Positions 51,668-63,941 of a stretch of DNA of 64,000 nt are shown here, in pieces. The notes below the pieces were generated by a model that did not search any database, had not been told where the DNA came from, and worked only from the letters and a program-made list of their open reading frames with translations. Origin of the DNA: Phoronis australis (taxonomy: Eukaryota; Animalia; Phoronida). The translations under genes were made by a program, and so were the position numbers. The stretch is from contig NMRA01000072.1 of assembly GCA_002633005.1 (NCBI GenBank), forward strand, positions 795,957 to 859,956, given 5' to 3'. Positions within the stretch are counted from its first letter, which is position 1, and each line of letters opens with the position of its first letter.

Positions 51668-52961
51668 GTGAGATGGCATGTGTGGCAGTTGTTGGCCACT
51701 TCTGTAGCAAATGTTAAAAAATGTATTTCAAGAGACACATTGGTGAACATCCAGACTATGTACAATGTCATTTCAGTGGGCATAATGGTGAAGAAGATGC
51801 AATATGCTCTTGTAGTCTACGCTCAGTGTCATTTCAATTTTCACCTGTTCTCTCTCTTAAGCCATTTAGCCAGCCGCAACCTCTATGGCCAAAAGACAAC
51901 TCATTGGGTTTTATAGATTTTCCCATCTATAAATTTTTATTGTTCGAACGCTTCCAGTGTTTCATTGATTTCTAAGGAAGAACTTCAAAAATAAGTCCAA
52001 GATCTCCGCCAGACTGTCAGAATATGAAGGCGTCTATACATCGTATAAGCCTGATGATTTCCGGTGATATCGGAAGGGTTAGGTTCTATTTTGTGAGATC
52101 ATTGAGAGTTCTTCAGCATATCGTTTTCAGCCGTGCAACATCTGCTTTAGAGGGCCATGAAGAGTAAATAAGCAATGCTATTTCTATTTTGGAGACTCGA
52201 CAATAAAATGCATAATTCTCTTAAAATAGTTGTAAATGGTGAAAATAACTCTTGGACCTGAACTTATGAATATTGCAGGTTTGTTTTAACATGGAATATT
52301 TCATTTAATGCCAGCTGTAGTCAGTAGGCCCTAGAAACCAGTTTTGCATTGACGTAGAAGTCAGTTCAGTTACTGTATTATCTTCCTTCATGTTCCACAT
52401 CACACTAAATTGTACCAGAGCTTACAAGACTATGCTGCATTGATGTTAGTTAGAATGGTAAAGAAGGGTAGAGCATGCCACTATTTGGAGAGTAACATCC
52501 AGCATAGGCAACTACTGTACGTGCTAAAAACGATTGGGAAAAATGACCCGGAATTTTACCCATCATGATGACTGAATGTTGGCGGGATACTCACCCTGAC
52601 ATTGGAGTTCAAATGTAACTCACTGTCAGAGTAGCTGGAAGGAGGAGTTCATGTCCTATTTTGAGGGGTTTTAGGTTGGCTGATGTGTTTGTTGTAAAAC
52701 ATTGAAAGTGGTGGAAAATCTTGGAACTTGAGGTCGCGTTTGGCGAGTGAAGCATCTAAAACTTGAAGTCGTGTTTGCCGAGGTCAGTCACACTGAAGTC
52801 GCCTCAGGCAATCTGAGGTTGCTTTTGGTGAGTTGGTGTTCACCAAATCAGACCCTGCATGGAATCTTTCAGTTTATGTTGAAGTTGGTATGCCGCAGCA
52901 GCCAACTTGGAATTAATTGACAACTCAGTGCTGGTGCCTAACCTGGCTTGCCTTTTTGCAG

Positions 52962-53080
52962 CACAAGAACCATCCTGTTTCACTTGTGCTACCTGTCATG
53001 AAGAGTTCCCCAGTGGCTGGGATCTGTGTGTTCACTGTCAACACGAACATGGCATGTTGATTTATAAGGAGTCACGAGAG
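52962..53080 (+). CDS. RALY-like, coding exon 5 (BCL11-type C2H2 finger)
   Basis: QEPSCFTCATCHEEFPSGWDLCVHCQHEHGMLIYKE; ttttgcag|..gag|gtaagt. Confidence 0.87.
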
Positions 53081-53369
53081 GTAAGTTCTGTCACTGCCTG
53101 GACTCTGATCATTCACCAACTGACAGCGATCTTGTATAAAATGGACAAGAGCCTAAAAAACAGTTAGGAGAAATACATTTTTTATTGGTCCAAGGCAAAT
53201 TGGACTGGATGAAATACGTTACGTCTTCAGCATTTCAGTGTGTTTTGGTTCTTTTTAGAGCCAAAGAGTGTTTAGATCACATGATTAGAACAGTATTATA
53301 TGATGAGAAAGCCTTAGTTTATGGTCCAGTCTCTCTGCTATGTAATTTGGAGGTTTTATCATTTTTCAG

Positions 53370-53402
53370 ACTGAACCTGTTGATGCAACTGACACAGAAA
53401 AT
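53370..53402 (+). CDS. RALY-like, coding exon 6
   Basis: tttttcag|TEPVDATDTEN|gtgagt, 33 nt, phase 0-0. Confidence 0.72.
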
Positions 53403-54873
53403 GTGAGTAACTAATCAAATATGTGAGGTAACACGAAAAAGCGGATCAGACCTGCAGACAGATATCACAGGCCTTGAATTGAAACGTGAACCTGCTTTCA
53501 AGAGGTGAAACCCCAGTTTATCCAACAACAAGACTTCATGTAAATAGAAATAGAAAGTCTTTCATTGTAACCAGAATTGCCTGGTTTTGTCAGTGGTTCT
53601 TGACCTGGGTGCGAGACTCGTGGTATTTGCCCTGTCTTTCTATGTTCAGGTTCCTGTTTTGCAGGTGCAGGGCTAGCGTTTGCATGAGTGTGATTCCAGT
53701 TTGCAGGCCCAGTCCCCCTGTTCATGCTGTTCCCGAAATATGAATAATTCATTCGGTTGGAAATGAGAAGTATCTGATCTATCAATATATAGAAATTAGC
53801 TGATGCCCGTGTCATGCTCGGGTTCACTAAGACGGTGTACCTATTTTTGCCATTACCGGTAAGTCAAGACCTCATGAACCCGATCAATCATACACTGCCC
53901 AGGAATAAAATACAATAACCAATTTCAAAAGGGCACGAACAAAAAGGATTGAAACTGATGCCGTGAATATTTGTAAACACAAGGTAAAAACTTTCTAACT
54001 GTTCAGATGTCTCATAATTATCACTGTATTGTACTCAGTAGTAGCCCTCTTGCCATTTCTGCTTGATCAAAAATATAGCTCTGCATCGCTAATTAAAGTG
54101 CGTTGAGAATGTAATTATTATCTGTCAGAAAATACACCAAACTAACAGTGCCGCACGTGCTTTGGTTCAAAGAAAAGGAACACCTAAATTGAGTTTGTAT
54201 ATTTTAAAATTCTTATACGCACACGGTGCCTGAAGTAATTTGTGTATCGAGAAAAGGAATTTGTGGAACATTTTGTGGTTGAATGCTACACTGAGGTATC
54301 TCTGTTTTCATTCAATGAGTGAATAGTTTGTAACTAATAAAGTAGCATCTGTTCCTCGACAATTGTCATATACAGAACATTTTACTATTCAGTAAATATT
54401 AGTTACCTCTCCCTAGGGCGGAAAATTAGTAATTGAATCAAAGCAATAGCATTTGGTTCAAATTATCAACAGCCTGGAACCTTGCCATTTACTTAGGGCT
54501 AAGCAGCTTGTCATTAAATGTCAAGAATGACAACAGTTATACTCGTGTACGCTACGGTTGCAATTTTGAAATTCTCTAATTAGATTTATTATATCCAGTC
54601 ATAAGAGGCAGGTTGTCATAGCAATGTTGGTAATAAATCAACAGTAGTCTACACCAATGTATTAATAAATTTTCTCTGAATAACAAAGTCGCGTTATCAT
54701 GCATTGTTTTTCAGTGTTGAACTGCTGCGCCGTAAACTTTCCCTGTGGGCGTGTAACCAAACCCTTTTAATTGCAAATATTGTTTTTCTGTCTGCCAATT
54801 GAGCAAATAACAAAATTTATTAATTGGGCAATAACTTAATTTATTTTAAAAAAGTCTTATTTTTTGTTTTCAG

Positions 54874-54945
54874 GATGAGGATAGCACACTGAATTTAGAG
54901 AGTGATGATTTGGATGACAAGGTTGAAAAGAAAAGTGATGTCTAA
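54874..54945 (+). CDS. RALY-like, last coding exon (acidic tail)
   Basis: tttttgttttcag|DEDSTLNLESDDLDDKVEKKSDV*; the seven exons sum to 951 nt = 316 aa + stop. Confidence 0.75.
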   Translation, partial: DEDSTLNLESDDLDDKVEKKSDV

Positions 54946-56339
54946 GATCTCAATGTGCGATGAAGGTTCTCATCTTGTAGTTGAATACAATTGTCGTGTT
55001 TTATTTGTTTTATCTTGTTTAAGAACCAGTCATTGTGATTGGTAAAGTTTAAATAAGCTGGTTATTGTGTACCTTGTAAGTTCACGTGCACGTTGCCATT
55101 TTAACATTAAAAATACAGTAACTCTCTCTGCATGTTTTTTTATGAATTGATTTCAGTTAAGGTGGAAATTCTTTGGTTTGGGACAGTGGAAAAATGAATA
55201 TCTCAAGGTTATCCCAAATTTGAGAAATTGGGCATCCCAAAATCAAGGCCTCTAGTAGCAGCTTTTAATCATGTTTAGAAAACATGTTAACTTACTTTTT
55301 ATGACCCTTAGGCAGACATGTACTGGTCTGTAATAAGAGAGATATGATACATGCAAAAATCCCCAAATCCCGTATTTCAGAATCAGGAAAATGCAATTTC
55401 AGCTTCGATTTTGATGTCCCAAATTTTGGAGACTGTCTCAAATTAGAGAATTTTTATCATATTCATTTGCACTTTTAGTTGCGTTTTCTTGTTCAGTATT
55501 TTATTCACGAAAATAATTACATTAATGAAACAGCAAGTATACAGTTCCATACACATTCATTACTTGTTTCATCCTATGTACCGACAAACAACTTTATCCA
55601 AGACCATTCTATTCTCAATTTCTTTCGGCATGTTAAATAACAACACATAAAATTTGGCAGCAAACCGATTTTCTCCACTGAGTAATGGGCATCAAACTGG
55701 TTCTCAAAATCCTAGGCTGTTTTACAAGGTTTGGAATTTTGCTCATTAAGAGGATTTCCTATTTGGTTTAGATTTCCTTTTATTTGATTTCCAGTTTCCT
55801 CCTTTTTTCGTCTCTTTTATAATTAATTTGACTTTATTGAAGCAAAACCTTTATTTCAGTAGGCCACATGAAGTGAATCTGGTGTCCGTAAATTTCCATA
55901 AATGGCCAGACTTTTTATAACAGACTTGTAGTTGATAAATATGCATGCCTCACTTTGATATTTCATTGAGATCATGCAGATTGGTATATTTCCTGGACAT
56001 GATCCAGCTATTTATCAGCTGATAGTGCATAGATACCCGTTACTGAAGAATGGTTTTAGTATTGAACAGTGCACGTACCTATCGCCGCACCATCAACTGT
56101 TATCAAAACACTCAGTCCTGTCACAGGATTTGATCCTTGGTCATCTGATTCACATGATGCAGCCACAAGATACGTTTGCTATGGGAATGGTTTTTTGGGC
56201 TGGTCATTAAATCTAAGACATGCTGCACAAGATTTTTCAGCACTGCCACTGTATTTAGTGGTCAGGTCACAGAACTGTTTATTGATTTAGGGTAATTGCA
56301 ATGAATTGGAAAGAAATGAGAATATGTGGTGACCGAGAA

Positions 56340-56543
56340 ATGTAAATGGTGTCTTAACTTGCACAGAAGTACCCCCTTGCTTAGATTTAGAGCACAATAT
56401 TTCATCTTCTTTATCTGAACTAAAAACACTGTCCCCTGATGATGTAAATGGTGCCTTAACTTGCACAGAAGTAGCCCCTTGCTTAGATTTAGAGCACAAT
56501 ATTTCATCTTCTTTATCTGAACTAAAAACACTGTCCCCTGATG
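56340..56543. repeat. 102-bp tandem duplication (2 copies), open on the minus strand
   Basis: Two near-identical units, each translating as SSGDSVFSSDKEDEILCSKSKQG(A/G)TSVQVK(A/T)PFT. Confidence 0.85.
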
Positions 56544-57758
56544 ATTCTGTAACACAGAGTGGATTTATACTATAAGATGTGGAAACTTGCCAACAGAAGA
56601 CGCATTAGCAGCATTGAATGCACAAAAACAACAACTATTCCATTCATAAACATGATATTACATCCTGTTTCAGTCAAGAACATCAACACTTGACAATGCT
56701 ATCTTTTTAATTAACATTTCAATCGTACCTACATAACCACTTATAAAATTCACGTTTACTACCAAAACTTGACCAGTAACATTAAAATTTACACAGTATT
56801 TGAATTCACTTGAATTTTATATTCGGTATTCTGGTACTTAAAACAATAATCACGAAGAACTGTACTTACTTTCAACTGTACAAAGAAATGCGAATTCAAT
56901 GAGGTCAGGACAGGATATGTAAACCTGTTAGATTTCAAACAGTGGTAATAATGTTATCAAATGCTATGGCCAGCACTAAGAGGTTCCAACCACATTGCAA
57001 CAAAACAGTACAGAACTAAACCTAATGAAAAACTACTGTTTCATGCATCATTCCAGAGACATTACTGTATTCTGTCACGTAAACGCCACATTAAGTTTTC
57101 CAGAATGCAGGAAGTTGAGGATAGACATTAACACTGCCATGGGTATTTATACACGCTTGAGCAAACGCACACAAATTGAGTATATGCACTCATGACATCT
57201 TTACATTGTTCTATTACTCCAGCACTCACTTTCCCAGCGTGTTTATCAAGAAATGTGGTAAATGCAACCATTCGAAGACATTTAATACAATCTGCATTGG
57301 GATGATTCATGAAATTCCAGGGTCATGGATGTTTAAGGAATTTGCGGGTGTTAAAAATCGAGCACCCATGGGCACTTCATGAACTTCAGTCCAAAGCTGG
57401 AGGCATTTAAATGACAGAATACGGCACTATTACTTAATACATTAAACCACTCTGTACATTGTGAAGAGACACAGAACAAGAAACCAAGCTACAAAGCTAT
57501 TTACAACTACAAATACTATTTGGAATTAGGAAATGTTGCATTAGACAAGCTCAGTTATTCAGGGGTGGGCAAGCACGTTTCATATCTAGTTAACAGACAG
57601 ACAATAAAATCATAGACAAAACAAATTTACACCCACTAAACAATAAAATCATGCTAAAGCAACACACAATCCTGTGACTACAAGGCTATTATGTACAACT
57701 GTTAAAAAACGCTCAAGTATCCACTAACGCAGTAAATGGCTGGCACAATGAACTAGAT

Positions 57759-57826
57759 CTAATTTTCTTCTTCGGCAAATCCGAAGCACTCCTCAATGTC
57801 CTTGCGAGTTTGGTCTTTCTTCTCAC
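57759..57826 (-). CDS. CTCF: CTCF last coding exon
   Basis: cttttccag| phase 1; GEKKDQTRKDIEECFGFAEEEN*. Confidence 0.85.
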
Positions 57827-59021
57827 CTGGAAAAGAAGACATAAACTGACATAATTATAATATATAGTTAAAAATCAGCTTCATACGTCTACAAGTGATT
57901 GACCCACCATTAAAATGATACTGCAGACGTAGAGTCTCACTTTAAATGTAACCAACTTGTATCCCGTTCTGTGAAGAGCAGACCATCTAAAACCCATACC
58001 TGACATTTTTATACGATTCAAGATATGAAGCAGCTTCATCACAGCACAATGGAAAAATATGATTAACAGCAATTTTTTCAGATAAAAGCAACAGTTGATC
58101 CCTTATATAGAAGACAAACCTAAGTAGTAATGATCCGTGAAAAACACTAACGTAGAAGTCAACAGAACACAAAGTAATAAAGACACAAAACAGCATAACA
58201 ACATAGAACAAAACTGGACGAAGATGTATACCAGCCTACAACAGCACTAGCTGCGTGTCCAGTCTAGGGTAGTTCAGTGCAACGGCCATGCAAATGCCTA
58301 TGGAACAGGCATGGGATTGAGAAACGAATGTAGAAATGGGCTGCATTCGGTATACCAAGGCAATCGCCAAAAAAGCTAGTGCTATCGCGTGCTCTGCTTC
58401 TAACGCATGGCAAAGACTTGCGCGATCTTGCATTTTGCGAGTTTGTTGCATCTACAGAATGCAGCCCTGGACAGATGACGCCCACCTTTCAATACAACTG
58501 ACACACAATAGTCACAGTTCACTGCTTGGTAACTGTGTGCAAAAGGCTTATTCTACACATTACCAAAACTGAAAAGATTTCCCAACTTCGACACTAAAAC
58601 TGAAATGTGCAAAATCAGAGCTGTCTATTTTTACTCCCACCTAGATGTAAGTGAAATGTGACCCGTCTTTCATAGAATTTTGCAGCACAACAGCTCTGTA
58701 TAGTCAAGTCCTTCAAGATACAGTACAAGACAAAAGTAATCAGAAAAAGTAAAGTTTTCCCAGCATGATGGCAAATTCAGTTAAAAGCAGATTTATTAAG
58801 AGCAGCCAAATTCAAATAACAAAATGACTTCGCCACTCACTAACTTTCTTGTTAATTCCCATTCATTCTCGGTTATGAGGGAAGATTACTCTGACCATGA
58901 ATTTAGCATCTGTCCATTCTGAATCATTTTTTTGTACTTTTAACTTGTACAGTAGTTTAAATTACTAGTTCAACTACACTTAATCATTCCCCTTAAAGTA
59001 ACACAGCGTCGGCTTACTTAC

Positions 59022-59101
59022 CGTCTTCATCAGGAATTTCTTTCTTTGCCCTCTTGGCAGCTGGAGAGGTTGTCGGCATCACATCCTTCTTCTTACGACC
59101 A
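59022..59101 (-). CDS. CTCF: CTCF exon (basic, NLS-like)
   Basis: ttgtag|..g|gtaagt, phase 2-1; RGRKKKDVMPTTSPAAKRAKKEIPDED. Confidence 0.85.
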
Positions 59102-59591
59102 CTACAACAATACATAGTAGCCACTCACTTGAATGTCTGAATGACTGACAGGTCGTGCAGGCACGAAAAGTTGAGGCATGACCAATAACTTGACTGGTAT
59201 TTCCAAAACACATCACACTCGCATGCCATCCGTTTGAAAGAATCCTTCCGGTCGAGCATTTATTTCATAAGATTTGTTCCAAAATGCGCAGTGATATAAC
59301 AGTTTCATCTCACAGAGATTAACAACTGCTCCATTTACTGCAGCAACTCAACCATTGACATACTACTAGCCACACACAGGAACTTAGAGTTGAGAGATGC
59401 TCACTCACCATCACACAACAGGAATGATCACCCAAAGAGCTTCCACCTAAATCTACACACAATTTAAATTCTGAATAGAAGATCATTACCACAACAGATG
59501 GGCATTTTGCTGTGTTAATCATCAAAGTGAGTTAACAGATGAGCAGCTCATCATGGCTCATCACAATCATTTGACAGTTGACCTAGCTCAC

Positions 59592-59719
59592 CGTTTAGAT
59601 GGGGTATCCTCCACCACTTCGTTCTCATCAGCTTCAGGCTCTGCCGCCTCCTCGTTGGCAGCACGACGACCCCTGCGAGTACGTGGGCTCTCTTCAACCT
59701 TGTTCTCCTCCAGAGCAGC
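59592..59719 (-). CDS. CTCF: CTCF exon
   Basis: ctccag|..cg|gtgagc, phase 0-2; AALEENKVEESPRTRRGRR..TPSK. Confidence 0.85.
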
Positions 59720-60180
59720 CTGGAGTGTTCAAATAACAACACATAACCAGCAACAGGTATTACCCAAAATCATCTCCAATTCATCGAGGCCAATGGTTCA
59801 ACATTTACACCTGCTGGACCATTTCAACAAGTTAACTTTACTAGTAAACACTTAGCTTGCCTAGCGATCAAATATTATCATTTCTTAACACATTTTTCTT
59901 CAAACAAAGGATAGAGAAGCCAAGCTGACGCCGCACGAGTGAATACCCAGGCAGTATCACCAAACCCAATGACTGGATCTTGGACTCACAACTACCACCG
60001 ATCAAGTCTTACGACTGAATCAAAAAACCCTGTGAGCTAGATCTCTCATTTAAATAACCTAAACTTGCCAAGACGTCACTCACACATCATTGGCAAGTAT
60101 ATTTTACAAATCATCAGACAGTGCTTCCGATCAAAAGCTGAGAGTATAACCCTAAGCAATCTTTATCCCCCCGTGCTTAC

Positions 60181-60325
60181 CTTTTGCGGTGTAGAGTCAT
60201 GGAAGCGGGTCGCCATTTTGACCTCGCCATCCTCAGTCACCACATCTTGTTCCGCTTGCTGCTGCATGTTCTTAAAGATGTCTTCCACCGTCACTTCCTG
60301 TTTCTGTTGCAACACAGACGCGACC
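60181..60325 (-). CDS. CTCF: CTCF exon
   Basis: gtgcag|..aag|gtaagc, phase 2-0; VASVLQQKQEVTVEDIFKNMQQ..TPQK. Confidence 0.85.
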
Positions 60326-60554
60326 CTGCACACAATCACAAACTACAGTAAAGACACTCTCACCACAGGAGGTTTTCGTGGTATACGACAATAGTCGGAT
60401 ATAACATGCCCAATTTTTGAGAACCAGTATGATGTCCGTTATTTAGAGGAGAAAACTCATTCTCAAAATGCAAGCATGTTATATATGACTCTTACCTTGT
60501 TGTATCCACGTGTTTCCGAGACAGGAAAAATGTGATTCCACAAATTATGAATAA

Positions 60555-61110
60555 ATACACATGCTAAATTCAGGAAAGATCCTGCAAAGGGTTTAGGAGA
60601 TACAGCCATGGACACAAAAAACAAGACCACCACTAGGAGGCACCACAGTGGTCAAAGTCGTCAGAGGTCCTCTTCATAGTAAGAACATACATGCCAATTT
60701 TCACAATCATCCTTAGAGCCATTTGGTTGATAGAGGGATGGACGTTAAAAAACAGATCCGAAAACTGTAAAAATGGCCACTAGGTGGCGTCAAATCCATC
60801 CGAAAATGGGAGGATAGTGTCATTTCAATAATGGATGCCTATAAGCCAAATTTTATGAAAATGCATCGAGGACCTTTGAAAATACAGTGGTAAACGTAAA
60901 AAACTAAAATTGACACTAGGGGGCACACCAGTAGTTGGATCATTCCGAAAGTTTGCTCATGCCATCCCATCCATGAAAGGACCATGTGTGCAAAATTTCA
61001 TAAACATATGTCACAGGATTTTGGAGATAGAGCAACAGATGCCAGACAGACGATGGACGGATCAACAGAGATGGCATAATGCGTCCACTTATAAATATGT
61101 GGGTCATAAG
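60555..61110 (+). mobile_element. Helentron-like element with CTCF-motif array, copy 3 (5'-truncated) in a CTCF intron
   Basis: CCACTAGGAGGCAC (60630), CCACTAGGTGGCGT (60777), ACACTAGGGGGCAC (~60913); same 3' end as copies 1 and 2. Confidence 0.8.
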
Positions 61111-61179
61111 ATGACAAAACGTACATTTTAGACAAAACCCTGCCACGATACCCATAGGCAAACGATCTTTCATACTTAC

Positions 61180-61358
61180 TGTGCTGGAATCACCTCCTGC
61201 ACAGTGCTGCCATCTGCCACCTGTTGTATGACGGTCAGCTGCTGGATACCGTCCTCTCCTGGCTCCACCTGCTGGATGATGATCTGCACGTGTTGAGGCT
61301 CTCCGCCATCTTCATCTTCTTCTTCCTCCTCCTCCTCACCCTCCTGTTGCGGCACCTG
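61180..61358 (-). CDS. CTCF: CTCF exon (acidic/Q-rich; NAGNAG acceptor)
   Basis: ccagcag|..ca|gtaagt, phase 0-2; (Q)VPQQEGEEEEEEEDEDGGEPQHVQIIIQQ. Confidence 0.85.
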
Positions 61359-61478
61359 CTGGACAGATGGACAAACTTAATTGTAGCAGCCACAGCAATT
61401 GACCTTTGATGGGATATCTGCAATGGACTGTGGAACACTGGCCAGCCTCACACACACAACAACACTATGATCACTCAC

Positions 61479-61693
61479 CTGATACAGTGGGTTTGTGGGA
61501 TCGTGTATGGCCATGTGTCTTAGCAAATTGCCCTTGTGAGCAAATGCTTTGCCACACTCTCCACACTCATGAATTCGCTCCTTCTTGGGAGTCGGCAGAT
61601 AGTCGGGGTTGTGGTGAAGGTTCTTGTGTCGTCGTAACAACTGCTTCTGCCGGAATGTCTGATCGCACTCGTCACATTCATACGGCTTTTCAC
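61479..61693 (-). CDS. CTCF: CTCF exon, ZF10-11
   Basis: GEKPYECDECDQTFRQKQLLRRHKNLHH..HECGECGKAFAHKGNLLRHMAIH. Confidence 0.95.
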
Positions 61694-62073
61694 CTGAAAT
61701 TGGATTGTTGATCAGGGATAATACTCATCCGTACCTACTGAGTGTTGATCATAAAACAATGTCCCTATCTAACTTGACACTAAGGCATTTCTCAAGAATG
61801 ACAACTGCAGTTCTGCTATTGTGTGTAATTTTCAACTATGAAAAATGTCAATTCTGTATGGTGGTTCCCAGGCAACTTGTTCACCTGAACATGTTCAATA
61901 ATGTTGATTATGTCCCATAAATAACTTCACCACAAGGAACTGTTACATTAAAACTAGGACTATACTTGGTTTTAGGAGGGTGATCATTCAATATTGTTCA
62001 CTGTTTATAATGCTGTATGAAGAAACAACAAAAGTGTCTCCAGTAAAAAGTGGGTTGGAGACAGACCGCCTAC

Positions 62074-62670
62074 CAGTGTGTGTGAGTATGTGGCTCTGGA
62101 GGAACCTCTCTGAGAGCGCTGCGTACGGACATTGGTCACACTTGAAGCACTTCTCACCATCATGGGTCTTCAGGTGAATCTTGTATGAGTAGCGATCAGG
62201 AAAAAACTTGGAGCACTTTTTACACTGCAACGGCTTGTCTGACGTGTGCAGCTTCTGTACGTGGATACGCAGGTCCGCCTTGCGACCGCACGTGGTCGGA
62301 CAGAGTTCGCACTGGAACACCGGCTTGTTGCCACTATGGATGAGCTCATGAGACTTGAGCGAGTTGCTCTGTGTGAAGCGGGCATTGCAGACCTTGCACT
62401 CGTACGGTTTCTCGCCAGAGTGGATGCGACGGTGACGCTTCAGCTTGTACGTGTCAGGGCTGGCGTAGGAACAGTCTGGGCACTGGTACGGACGCTCACC
62501 CGTGTGCGACCGGATGTGACGCTTCATCTTGCTCAGCTCGACCGCGGCGTAGTCGCACTCGGGACACTTGTGAGGCTTCTCAAACGTGTGCCGGTAGCGC
62601 ACGTGTCTCACTAGTTCGCCAGACGTGGTGAAGGCAGAATCACACTCTTTGCATTTGTGAGGACGAGTGC
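62074..62670 (-). CDS. CTCF: CTCF exon, ZF3-9
   Basis: [69 protein letters not shown]: diagnostic CTCF fingers. Confidence 0.97.
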
Positions 62671-63112
62671 CTGGAAACAATAAGTGAGTGTTTCAACATG
62701 GACTACAATGCTATAAAACATGGAAAGCAGCATTGGCATTTAAAATAATGAGTTAACTTACTTGGCATACAGTAGCTTTAAAGATCTATTGAGCACTTTT
62801 TAATTAATGTGACTGTAACATTCACTGAATGGTAAGCGACGAATGCCTAAATTTTGCGACATATTACAAATTTTAAAATTCTAGTCACAAAATAAGGCAA
62901 ATTTGTTTTAGTGTTGTGAAAGTCGAGACAAAAACCCTGAAGATAATAATGCAAACTCATTTTCAAATCTTTGATTCCACATTTTGCAAAACTGCATTGA
63001 ATGTCAACATACAAATCATAACATGTCTGTTCCAAAAATGGAAAAGCTGTATACCTACAATCAACAAGGCTGTATATGATAAAGTAAACCACCTGCTAAC
63101 AAACTATCATAC

Positions 63113-63941
63113 CTGTGTGTGTGTTGACGTGATTGTTGAGGGAGGCAATCGTTTTGAAGCCCCGGTCGCACACAGCACATTTGTGAGGCCGCTCCTCAGA
63201 ATGACACTTCATGTGACGTGTCAACAAGTAGCGCTTGGGGCTAGTGTAGTTACAGTAGGAGCACATCAGTGAGGGGCTGGCCCCAGCTGGCAGCTTCCTT
63301 GGCGGGGGCTGCTTGCGTGGGGTCCCATCTTCGTCTAACTCTCCAACTCCGCCGGCGTCCTTGAAGTCATAGACAGACATGTCCTGGTTCTCTCCATCCT
63401 TATCCTCGTCGTCCGGCTGTGAGACAATGAGAACATAGCTCACTTCACCCGACTGATTGGCTTCCGATGGCATAATGGTCACGGTCTGGTAGCTTCCGCC
63501 AGTGTTCAGCACCACCTGATTAGAGCCAGTCGTCACTGCGGCTGCTGTGGTCACGTTTGTCTCTGGTTGCATGGCCACCAACTGAGGCTGCGACCCGTCC
63601 CCATCTCCCTGCACAGCCACCAACTGGACACTCTGCAGGTCACCCAGTACAGGCTGACCATCAGAGGTCACTATCTGCACCGTCTGACCACTGTCCACCT
63701 CCGTCTCCAGTTGAGATGCCGTCTCCACCACTGCCTCCTGTTCACTCACTTCCGTGTCGGGTTCTAGCTGTGGGACTTCTTCAGTCTGTTGTGGAGCCTC
63801 TATTGGCTCCTCAGCAGCCACTACCACAGCCTGCTCCTCCCCTGGGGTCTCGTTGGACTCTTCCTCTTGCTGTTGTTTCTCGGCAGCAGCTTGGTCTGCC
63901 TGCGCCTGCTCTGCCGAGAGTTGTTCAGACGCTTCAGCAAG
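63113..63941 (-). CDS. CTCF: CTCF exon, N-terminal region + ZF1-2 (gene start lies beyond the window)
   Basis: gtttccag| phase 0; YQTVTIMPS..GEVSYVLIV, DMSVYDF, CSYCNYTSPKRYLLTRH, CAVCDRGFKTIASLNNHVNTH. Confidence 0.95.
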
